The translations under genes and the position numbers were made by a program. A model generated the notes under the pieces. That model saw nothing but the letters and a program-made list of their open reading frames with translations, had not been told where the DNA came from and searched no databases. 64,000 nucleotides of DNA from Candidatus Latescibacterota bacterium (lineage in GTDB: Bacteria; Latescibacterota; UBA2968; GCA-2709665), in assembly GCA_965203805.1 (NCBI GenBank), contig OZ241917.1, positions 1,664,001-1,728,000 on the forward strand, given 5' to 3'. Below, piece by piece: positions 55,966-64,000 of this stretch; the first letter of the stretch is position 1, and the number at the start of each line of letters is the position of its first letter.

Positions 55966-58593
55966 TCACACGAAACCACCGGTTCCGGGTCCGTGTCCGG
56001 ACGGCTCTGCCGGCTCCGACGATACCCGAGACTCGCTTCCGTCGTTGTGGATTTCGACGACACCAAGGCTCCCATCCACGGTAATCCGGTCTCCCGTACG
56101 GATTCGCCGCGTCGCGCCCGACACCCCCACAACTGCCGGCACCCGGTACTCCCGGGCGATCACCGAACTGTGGTTCAGCACGCCGCCGATTTCCGTGACC
56201 ACCGCGCTAACGCGCCGGAAGAGCGGGGTCCATCCCGGGTCGGTACCGAGCGCGACCAGCACCTCCCCCTGCGCCAGCGCCTCGAACTCCTCGGGACCGC
56301 GTATCAGCCGGGCGATTCCGGTCGCCGTACCGGGGCTGGTGCCAACGCCTTCAAGCCTGCTCGCATCGGGGTCTCCCCCCCGAATCGGGTTCTCGCCACG
56401 ACCTTCAATCCAGAAGTAATACGGCTGCCGGCAACGCGCACGTTCGAAATCGGCGATCCGTCGATCGACTTCATCCTCGCTTGCGACGGCGCCGCCCGTG
56501 AACGCATTCTCGACTTCGCCACACGACAGGAAAAACACCTCATCCCTCCGCCGCAGCATCCCGCGGGATACGAGATGATCACCCAGTTTCAGATAGACTG
56601 CTCTGTACCCGGCAAACAGCCTGTCCAGACGGAATCTCAACTCTTCACGCAGTCCGAGATAGATTCTGGCGTATTTCAGCACCCGGCGAAATATCGTGGT
56701 CCGCACCCATCGCCACGGCGAATCGGACAGACGTTTCAATACCTTCGCTTCCGCGGACCGCACCACTTCCTTTGGCTCCTTCCTCACCGATACGGGTTCC
56801 GCACCAAGGTTCTGACGGAGCATCTGCACGACAGTCTCCGGGCGTTCACGCCAGCGTTCAAACGTAAAATCCCGATTCGCAGAGCGAATTCCGTACGCGT
56901 CGACAAATGCGTTGAACCTGGATGCAACGTCGGCATGGCCGGCCCGAAGGCATTCGAGAAACGCGGCGTCGGTCCCGGTTTCCAGGGTCCGCCGAAGCAC
57001 GGCATCGCTTCGGATCTCATCCGACAATTTTCCCAGTGCGGCATTGACTTCGGACGTCGCATTGCGTTCAGGCAACAGCAGCAGATCCTTGAATGTGGCC
57101 ACGTCGAGATCCGCCCAGCGGACCAGCATCGCGCGCAAAACCCAGATGCAGTTCATCGCATACGCGTAACTCCACTGGTTGACGTCCCTCTGCTGACGCA
57201 CGGCGAGTTCCGTCAGACGACTCGCGGCCAGAAGCAGGACGTCCGGGTCCCGGGCCGCGGAAATCTGGCGTTCGATGAAACGCACCCGCCGGTTGAATAC
57301 CGGGAAAAACGCCCGCCTGACCCTTCGGTGATTGCTGTGAATCAGACCGTACGGTTCGGTCATCAGGAGGCCCGGAAGACGCAGCAGCGCCGGTACGATC
57401 CCCATCCAGGTCCGGCTCGCGCACGCCACCTCCCGCCGGAGCTTTCGCGGCAAAATGACCAGCGCATCGTCCATCAGCAGTTTCGCGGGAACCAGTTTGA
57501 GGGCCTGCGCAACGGCATCCGCGTTCACGTACATGTAGGAATCGATCACCTTCATCATATCGTGGCGTACCAGCGCCCTGAGTCCGAGTCGCCGTGCGGG
57601 CCCCTGAAACGTGTACGCGTGGCTCAGCCGGCCCGCAATGACGGACGCCGTCATCGGAGAGAGGGCCTCGGACCAGACGTCGTCGCAGATCCCCCGGGAC
57701 CAGGCGCCGTGCGGCCTGGATACGCTCGTCGTAATCGGTCGCGTCTGCAGGACATAAAGCCGTCCGCCGGAAAACGCCCATTCGACGTCCTGGGGCCGGC
57801 CGTCGGAAAACGACTCGATCTCGCAGCCCCGCCGCCACAGCAATTGCAGCTCGCGCGGAGAAAGCGCCTCCTCGTCCCGCAGCCCCTCGGGCATGGGTTC
57901 AGACCGGCGGCCACCCGGTCGCAGGCGCCATAACTTGTGTGCTATCCGCTTCTCCACGACCCGGCCGGACTTCCGGTCCAGCACGTATGAGTCGGGCGAA
58001 ACCTCGCCCCCGACAACGGTCTCGCCGAGACCCCAGTTGGCCTCCACAAAAATACCCGGCGCGCCTGAGGCTACCGGGTTCTTTGTAAAAAGGATGCCTG
58101 ATTTTTCGGCCTCGACCATCTCCTGTACGACAACCGCAATGCGCGGAACCAGACCGGGCGCATAGGTTCGCAACCGGTCGTTCCACGCCGACGCCCAGCA
58201 CAGCCGTACGTGCTCGATGACCGACGCGACATCCGTCAGGTTCAGGTAGGTTTCGAACTGCCCGGCAAACGCGTATGCACGGCCGTCCTCGGACGCGCCG
58301 GACGAACGGACGGCCACGGATCTGACGCCGGCGCCCATCAGAGATTCGGACGAGCATCGGATGGCTGTTTCGACTTCGGACGGAAATGAACCCCGGGCAA
58401 CGGTCTCCTCGGTTGCGCCGGCCGGATCGAGGCCATTGTGTTCCAGAAACCGGACACAGGCGTCCGCCGTCACGCAAAATCCGTCCGGAACGCGGAAACC
58501 TCCCTCGAGCAAACGACCCAGATTTCGCGCCTTACCGCCGACCTGCTCCAATGAAGCCTTGCACGCCTGAGCGAGTTCAACGACAATTTCCAT
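55966..58593 (-). CDS. PEP-synthase/rifampicin-phosphotransferase-like dikinase-family enzyme
   Basis: VGGKA..L, AVRSS...ED....FAGQ, VVVQ.M, QDVEW, LQTRPIT; C-terminal swivel domain TDPGWTP...GGVLNHSSVIAREY. Confidence 0.9.
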   Translation of the reverse strand: MEIVVELAQACKASLEQVGGKARNLGRLLEGGFRVPDGFCVTADACVRFLEHNGLDPAGATEETVARGSFPSEVETAIRCSSESLMGAGVRSVAVRSSGASEDGRAYAFAGQFETYLNLTDVASVIEHVRLCWASAWNDRLRTYAPGLVPRIAVVVQEMVEAEKSGILFTKNPVASGAPGIFVEANWGLGETVVGGEVSPDSYVLDRKSGRVVEKRIAHKLWRLRPGGRRSEPMPEGLRDEEALSPRELQLLWRRGCEIESFSDGRPQDVEWAFSGGRLYVLQTRPITTSVSRPHGAWSRGICDDVWSEALSPMTASVIAGRLSHAYTFQGPARRLGLRALVRHDMMKVIDSYMYVNADAVAQALKLVPAKLLMDDALVILPRKLRREVACASRTWMGIVPALLRLPGLLMTEPYGLIHSNHRRVRRAFFPVFNRRVRFIERQISAARDPDVLLLAASRLTELAVRQQRDVNQWSYAYAMNCIWVLRAMLVRWADLDVATFKDLLLLPERNATSEVNAALGKLSDEIRSDAVLRRTLETGTDAAFLECLRAGHADVASRFNAFVDAYGIRSANRDFTFERWRERPETVVQMLRQNLGAEPVSVRKEPKEVVRSAEAKVLKRLSDSPWRWVRTTIFRRVLKYARIYLGLREELRFRLDRLFAGYRAVYLKLGDHLVSRGMLRRRDEVFFLSCGEVENAFTGGAVASEDEVDRRIADFERARCRQPYYFWIEGRGENPIRGGDPDASRLEGVGTSPGTATGIARLIRGPEEFEALAQGEVLVALGTDPGWTPLFRRVSAVVTEIGGVLNHSSVIAREYRVPAVVGVSGATRRIRTGDRITVDGSLGVVEIHNDGSESRVSSEPAEPSGHGPGTGGFV

Positions 58594-58595
58594 AG

Positions 58596-59585
58596 TTATC
58601 GGTCCGTCCGGAGCGCCTGCAGGAAACCGTGCATCTGCCCGACGCAAAACGCGATATAGGCACGCCCTTCCTCGTCGCCCGCCAGTTCCATGATGTGGTC
58701 GTAGTCGATGGCGCCGTCAAAGCCCACGTCGTGCAGCGCACGAACCACCTGAAACATATTCAGGTCTCCCGTATCCGGAATCACCTCCTCGTATCCTCCG
58801 GTTTCCGGAATGGTCCCCCGTACGTTCCGAAAGTGGACGTGGAAGATCTTCCCCTGCCCGCCAAATCGCCGGATTCCCTCGAACACGTCCTCGCCGGATT
58901 CGTACCGCGTCCCAACGCAGAACGTCATCCCGTTTGCCGGCGAGGGCACTTCCGAAAACAACCGGTCGAACGCCTCGAAATCGAACAGGACCTGCGGCAC
59001 TCCGTAAAGGCTTGACACAGGAGGGTCGTTCCCGTGCATGGCGACCCGTGTGCCGGCCGCTTCCGCGACCGGTACCGTCGCGCGAAAAACCTTCAGGGTT
59101 CGTTCCCAGAGTTCTTCGTGCGTCGGGGCGCCTTCCGGCGCCGGTTTGTTCAACGCGTCGGTTAAATCGACTTTCAGATGCCGATAGCCGCCGCGTCCTT
59201 CGACCCATTGGTAGACGCCCCGCGGCGTCCCTCCGAACTGGGCCGCCTGAAAACACTGGATTCCCACGACGGGAAACCCGTGTTCACCGCAAAGAGCGAC
59301 GTTGGCCACAAGCCGGTCCAGTTCCTCTCCGGCATCCGCTTCATCAAGAAAAATCGCGCGCATATAGTTGTTGGTTGAATTCGCCCGCTCGATCTTCAGT
59401 CCGGCGCCGTCCACCACCTCCACCACGCGTTCCACGCTCTCGCGACACAGTCTTCCGGACTCCCTGTAGCCCGGAAAGATATCCAGCGTCACATCCACCA
59501 CATCCACGCCGATCTGCTTCAGAAACCGCAAGTCCTCCGGCCGGTCCAGCCAGCCCGGATCGATCCGCGTTCCAATCTTGATCAC
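58596..59585 (-). CDS. Mannonate dehydratase (UxuA)-family protein
   Basis: PVAE.AG..VAMHGNDPP, SPANGMTFC.GT, IFHVHFRNV, DYDH. Confidence 0.85.
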   Translation of the reverse strand: MIKIGTRIDPGWLDRPEDLRFLKQIGVDVVDVTLDIFPGYRESGRLCRESVERVVEVVDGAGLKIERANSTNNYMRAIFLDEADAGEELDRLVANVALCGEHGFPVVGIQCFQAAQFGGTPRGVYQWVEGRGGYRHLKVDLTDALNKPAPEGAPTHEELWERTLKVFRATVPVAEAAGTRVAMHGNDPPVSSLYGVPQVLFDFEAFDRLFSEVPSPANGMTFCVGTRYESGEDVFEGIRRFGGQGKIFHVHFRNVRGTIPETGGYEEVIPDTGDLNMFQVVRALHDVGFDGAIDYDHIMELAGDEEGRAYIAFCVGQMHGFLQALRTDR

Positions 59586-59694
59586 GAGACACCTCTCAGG
59601 AAGACAATTTCGTTTTCACAAGGTTATGCCCTGGACTATATTGCCTGCGTTGTGAAGATAGCCGACAGCCTGCTTACCGGGGAGCCTGCCGGAG

Positions 59695-60627
59695 ATGTAT
59701 TCCGAGGACTTCAAAAATCGACTCAAACACACCCATGCGTTCGTGGTCACGCCGTTCGAAAGGCAAGACCGCGGTCGACTTGCCGTTGACGCCCTTGAAC
59801 GGAACCTGGAGTTTCTGATCGAGCACGGCGTGAAGATACTGAACATCGGAGGGGGCACCGGGGAGGTCAACGCCCTCTCCGGCGCCGAACTTCTGGCGAT
59901 GACCCGGGTAACCTTCGACATTGCGAGGTCGGGCCCGCTGGTCATTCCCACCCTGCCGGACAACCTGGGCGCCGCTCTGGAACTCGCGCCGGTCTACGAA
60001 CGCCTGGGCGCCCGGGTCGCGCTGGGCATGGCGCCCTATATTCGCAATGAAACACCCGACGACCTGGAGGGTGTTTTCAACCACTACCGGATCCTGGCGC
60101 GCGCGTCCGGTCTCGCGTTAATGCCCTATAACACGCAGGCCTGGCCCGCGGGGTTCTTCCTCAGGCTCGCAGAGATCGACCGCATTGTCGGAATCAAGGA
60201 TCCGTGCCGGGCGCCGCACAATCTGTTCGCCGCGATTCAGATCCTGGGCGACCGCTTTGTCTGGATCGGCAACAAGCGGCATGATCCGGGCGTTCTGCAT
60301 CTGCGCTTCCAGATGGGCATCGACGGCTTCTCCGCCGGCTTCGTCAACTTCGCGCCGCAACACGAACTCGAACTCTTCGACCTGGCCTGCGAGAAGAACT
60401 GGGCGGCCATGGTCTCCCTTCAGCGTCGGCTGGCCCCTCTTGAACGGCTGAGAGCCAGGTACGGCGACGTTTCGATGATCAAAGCCGGCATGGACCTGGC
60501 CGGTCTGCACGGCGGACCCGTCCGGCCGCCTCGCGTCGACGTTCCCGTCGCGGCTCGCGCGGAAATCCGCGCCGCGCTCACGGAACTCGGCGTCGAAACG
60601 ACCGGCCCATCGTCCGAAGCGGGGTAA
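59695..60627 (+). CDS. DapA/NanA-family class I aldolase/dehydratase
   Basis: VTPF, GGTGE, PYN, Schiff-base GIKD, IKAGM..G..GPVRPP. Confidence 0.9.
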   Translation: MYSEDFKNRLKHTHAFVVTPFERQDRGRLAVDALERNLEFLIEHGVKILNIGGGTGEVNALSGAELLAMTRVTFDIARSGPLVIPTLPDNLGAALELAPVYERLGARVALGMAPYIRNETPDDLEGVFNHYRILARASGLALMPYNTQAWPAGFFLRLAEIDRIVGIKDPCRAPHNLFAAIQILGDRFVWIGNKRHDPGVLHLRFQMGIDGFSAGFVNFAPQHELELFDLACEKNWAAMVSLQRRLAPLERLRARYGDVSMIKAGMDLAGLHGGPVRPPRVDVPVAARAEIRAALTELGVETTGPSSEAG

Positions 60628-60661
60628 CCTCAGCAGACCGCGCACGCGGTCTGTCGACGGT

Positions 60662-61906
60662 TCAACGCCCTTCGGAAATGACGGGTGCTGCATTGAAGTA
60701 CGACGCGTCGCCAAACCAGGGAAACATGCCGAAGCCCGCATCCAGGTCCCGCTGCTCCCATACAAGTCCGGTTTCGCAATAGCTCAGCGAGCCGTGGGCG
60801 GGTGGCGAAAACTCCGGACGTCCCAGCAGGTCGCTTCGGAACCAGACGCTCCGATGCCCGAAACACACGCCCCTCTCCAGGTTCTCCCGAACGAATTCAA
60901 CCATATGCGGAAACGTCCGCTGGTACTCCGCCCCCCGGCCGTATTCAATATGGGTCTTCAGATTCTCTCCCGCGGCCCGGACTTCGCCCATCGACATGGG
61001 GGCTCCGCCCTTTACGAACAGCGCATCGGCGTTCGGATCCACCACCGCCCATTTGCCGTACTCGTCGAACCAGACCTCAGCCACGAAATGCCCGTTGAAT
61101 CCGTTCACCGCTTCGGTGAGAACGGCGCATCTGGCCGGAATGCCCACCGCCTGGGCGCAGCTTACGAAAGCGGCCGCATAATGAACGCACATCGCCACGG
61201 GCCGCTTTCCGTTGTGTCCCGCCTGCCGCGGCGCCCATGCGAGGAGGGTTTCCGCGTCCCACGGGGCATATTGGCCGGCCCTGAGCGAATTGGTGTGCTC
61301 CCAGCTGGACGCCAGCCAGGCCGACAGCGCACGGACCCGGTGGATCAGCGGGCCCTGGTCCCGCGCGACCGGCGGCAGCAAACGCCTCAACGACACCAGC
61401 CTCGGTGACTCCGCGACCTCCCATGCCATGGCGGGAGGCGGCGGGTCCGCTCCCTCGGCCAGCCGGACCCGGATGACGTATTCACCCAGAACCGAGTTGA
61501 GGTAGCCCATGCGGTCGCTCCGCCATGTCTCGCCGCCGTCGTCGCTCACTCCGCTGTCCGGCGCCGCGTGACCCGCTTCCATCGCGAGCGACCAGCCGTC
61601 CATCGCCGTGCCATCGGTCCAGAGTTCGAAGGTGTTGTCACCGGCTTCCAATCCGGCCACGGACAGCTCATACCAGGAATACGCGCCGGGCCTGTCGGGC
61701 TGGAGCGCCGCCACCTCTGCGCCGTTCAGGGCCACCCGAAGCGGCGCGTCGTTATCGGGATAGGGCCGGGCGAGGATGTAGACCCGCCCGGGCGCGTCCG
61801 TCGCGGGCAACGCGAGTGTCTTTCGCGCCCGCCGGAACGTCGTCAACTCCTCGCAAAGAGACGGCATGACCCGTCCGTCTTCGCTGTAATACAATCGGCT
61901 CATCAA
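60662..61906 (-). CDS. Transglutaminase-like domain protein
   Basis: C-H-D triad pattern MCVHYA..GIPAR...GHFVAEVW....KWAVVD. Confidence 0.8.
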   Translation of the reverse strand: MMSRLYYSEDGRVMPSLCEELTTFRRARKTLALPATDAPGRVYILARPYPDNDAPLRVALNGAEVAALQPDRPGAYSWYELSVAGLEAGDNTFELWTDGTAMDGWSLAMEAGHAAPDSGVSDDGGETWRSDRMGYLNSVLGEYVIRVRLAEGADPPPPAMAWEVAESPRLVSLRRLLPPVARDQGPLIHRVRALSAWLASSWEHTNSLRAGQYAPWDAETLLAWAPRQAGHNGKRPVAMCVHYAAAFVSCAQAVGIPARCAVLTEAVNGFNGHFVAEVWFDEYGKWAVVDPNADALFVKGGAPMSMGEVRAAGENLKTHIEYGRGAEYQRTFPHMVEFVRENLERGVCFGHRSVWFRSDLLGRPEFSPPAHGSLSYCETGLVWEQRDLDAGFGMFPWFGDASYFNAAPVISEGR

Positions 61907-62015
61907 GGCCTCTCTCTAGTGTGCCCGCCGCGTCGGGCCGCAGGAAACTACGCGCGGACCCTTATCCTGACATCGCTCTCCATGGAAAGCAGTGACATTT
62001 GCCGGATCCCCGCGT

Positions 62016-62918
62016 CTATTTTCCAATGTATTCCGGAAAAGCAAGTTTCCAGTTTTCGTAAATGATGTTGTGGATCACTTCATCCGGAACCCTTGGAAAA
62101 TTCGTCCCTTCCACCACGTCGTTTACCTTCCACTGGCCGGCAATCACCTGCGCCGCCGTGGCCGATGGAAAATCGGACCCGAAAATCAGTTTGTGTTCCA
62201 CGCCGTATTCGATGGCCGACATGAAGGCCTGGTAGTGCCGCCTGGGCCGGTAGTGAAGCGCCGACACGTTGGTGTAGAGATTGGGGTGCTTTCGAATCAG
62301 CACCACGCACTCATCCTCCCAGGGATGCCCCATGTGGGAAATGACGATGCGAAGATCCGGACACGCGATTGCAATGTCTTCGAGTTGAATCGGATTCGCG
62401 TACTTCAACGGACCGGTCCGGACGAACGAGGTACCCTGGTGGATGTTCAGCGGTATGCCGAGCGATTCCGCCTTTTTGAAGAACGGCAGGTGTCGGGGAT
62501 CCCCGGGGTCCCAATTCTGATAGATCGGCGCCACCTTCAGCCCCCGTAGCCCGAGATCCTCAACACAGTGCACCAGCTGATCGATGCAGTCCGCGTCGTT
62601 CGGATTGACCGAACCCCATCCGTAAAACCGGTCCGGATGGTCATTCACGAATGCGGCCACCAGGTCCTGGGGCACGTCGATTCCCACGTGCGGCGCCCGC
62701 AGACCGAACACGATCACCCGGTCGCAATCCTCGGTGGCCGCCAGCAACTGCTCGGGCCTGGCGTCGAATGCATTGCGTTCGTCGCGGGCGTCGGCGGCGA
62801 AATACACGTCGGGCGACAACCGCATCTTTGCCTTCTTGGCGGCAAGCGCGGACTCGACGAACTCATCCGACAGATGGTCCGGATACCACAGTAAATTGGT
62901 ATGGGTGTCGAAAAGCAT
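62016..62918 (-). CDS. Amidohydrolase_2-family protein
   Basis: DTHTN, GLRGLK, IHQG, SHMGHPW, NVSAL, FGSDFP. Confidence 0.9.
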   Translation of the reverse strand: MLFDTHTNLLWYPDHLSDEFVESALAAKKAKMRLSPDVYFAADARDERNAFDARPEQLLAATEDCDRVIVFGLRAPHVGIDVPQDLVAAFVNDHPDRFYGWGSVNPNDADCIDQLVHCVEDLGLRGLKVAPIYQNWDPGDPRHLPFFKKAESLGIPLNIHQGTSFVRTGPLKYANPIQLEDIAIACPDLRIVISHMGHPWEDECVVLIRKHPNLYTNVSALHYRPRRHYQAFMSAIEYGVEHKLIFGSDFPSATAAQVIAGQWKVNDVVEGTNFPRVPDEVIHNIIYENWKLAFPEYIGK

Positions 62919-62952
62919 GACCTGCCCCCATTGGCCACACGGATGGAGAATG

Positions 62953-64000
62953 CTACCCCAGGAACCGCCTCAGCACGTTGCCGGTGATCCTGGACAGTTC
63001 ATCGCTGACCAGAAGCGAGCTGATATATGTGATCGACCCCGTAGAAAAGACGGCGCCGCCACCGTCCGGCTCGTGAACGACCATATGGGCGCCTCCGTCG
63101 TTTTCGTTCATCCCTCTGGCAAGCAGCTCGACGTTTTTCGGCGAGAATCTGGATGAGATCTTGTCGGTTTCGTGCCCGGACGCTCCGCCCGGAATCCGCA
63201 TGTGCAGGTACTCCCTGCCGAAGATATCTCCGTCGCCGAGGCCCGTGCCCTCGTATGCCCAGTGGCCGGAGTCGACGACCCTGTACGGCGCGGCGGTCAT
63301 GATGCCGGCATCGGTAAACACCACCCCGAGCAGGTTGGCCTCGGACTCCTGGCGCATATGCATGCGGCTTTCAAATCCACCGTCCCGCTGCTGGCGCAGG
63401 TTGCCGTTCCGGACGATCATCGTATCCTCGTCCACGAACTCCACCTCACAGTTCAGCCCGTTGCCGCCCAGATACATCAGCCTGCCGCCACGGTTGAATA
63501 CCCAGTCCTTCACCTCGTAATACATCTTGCTGGACCAGTATTCGGGATGGGGTCCCAGGATCAATACCGCGTAGTCGTCCAGGTTCAGCGCGTCGAAATG
63601 CAACTGGGTCTCCGAATAAAGGTCGTATTCGAACCCCTCGCGTTCCAGCCACCCCAGCAACCGCCACTCCGCCGGCGCGACGTGATTGGGCGCACGGCCC
63701 TCGATCGGATCGGTTACCTGCTCGTCCTCCGGCACGACATTGATCGGCTCCGGACGTTCGAAAGACAGCGGCAGGTAGTCATCCGCGTCGTAATTGATAT
63801 GTTCCGGATCGGTGTAGCGCTTCAACTCGAGCCGGGCATTGATGGTGGGTGTGGAAGGCATCCTGTCCGGATGAATATAGTTGCTGCGACCTCCGAAATT
63901 GTTATAGCAGTTCCAGTTGATGTCTGACGCCAGCACGGCCACCTTCGCCGACGGCTCGGCAGGCGCCACAACCCATGGAAACGAGAAAAACAGTCCGGAT
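62953..64000 (-). CDS. N,N-dimethylformamidase beta/large-subunit-family protein (partial, start beyond window)
   Basis: W.CYN.FGG.SNY, LSFERP, WLEREG, HPEYWS, YLGGN, GHETD, GAVFSTGSI. Confidence 0.85.
   Translation of the reverse strand, partial: SGLFFSFPWVVAPAEPSAKVAVLASDINWNCYNNFGGRSNYIHPDRMPSTPTINARLELKRYTDPEHINYDADDYLPLSFERPEPINVVPEDEQVTDPIEGRAPNHVAPAEWRLLGWLEREGFEYDLYSETQLHFDALNLDDYAVLILGPHPEYWSSKMYYEVKDWVFNRGGRLMYLGGNGLNCEVEFVDEDTMIVRNGNLRQQRDGGFESRMHMRQESEANLLGVVFTDAGIMTAAPYRVVDSGHWAYEGTGLGDGDIFGREYLHMRIPGGASGHETDKISSRFSPKNVELLARGMNENDGGAHMVVHEPDGGGAVFSTGSITYISSLLVSDELSRITGNVLRRFLG

Noticed and set aside
55993-57933. Long antisense or alternate-frame ORFs (also 25316..26683, 41320..42501, 42291..43472, 53499..54671)
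   Set aside because: Shadows of well-supported genes in high-GC DNA.
1-64000. Integron integrase or other tyrosine recombinase; tRNA/rRNA genes
   Set aside because: No ORF with the R...HxxR...Y pattern and no recognisable tRNA or rRNA sequence seen.

Overview
The window has two parts. Positions ~1-24,400 are an accessory region, apparently lower in GC (judged by eye), organised as an integron-like gene-cassette array on the minus strand. It has 12 complete or near-complete attC-like hairpin sites, several remnants and one attI/dif-like simple site, but no integrase in the window. Cargo includes an APH-type kinase, five SAM methyltransferases, NUDIX, HAD and nucleosidase enzymes, a nucleotidyltransferase, an ECF sigma-ankyrin fusion and a stand-alone UG/Abi (DRT-like) reverse transcriptase. 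IS630, an IS21 remnant and a MocR/purC block interrupt the array. The sites are non-canonical: each cassette is bounded by its own ~14-20 bp imperfect inverted repeat with XerC-arm-like ends and a positionally conserved G.T mismatch. Positions ~24,500-64,000 look like core chromosome: a family B DNA polymerase with a clamp-binding motif; a large respiratory operon (Rieske, split cytochrome b with a heme c_i cysteine, octaheme cytochrome c, A-type cytochrome c oxidase, heme a/o and SCO maturation genes); a divergent ferredoxin sharing an unrecognised N-terminal motif with the Rieske protein; the yggS-yggT-mtnP-ileS-dksA-lspA-rluD cluster; and a small catabolic cluster. Gene content suggests a Latescibacterota/Gemmatimonadota-like bacterium (inference only). 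All calls come from reading motifs by eye; no searches were run.
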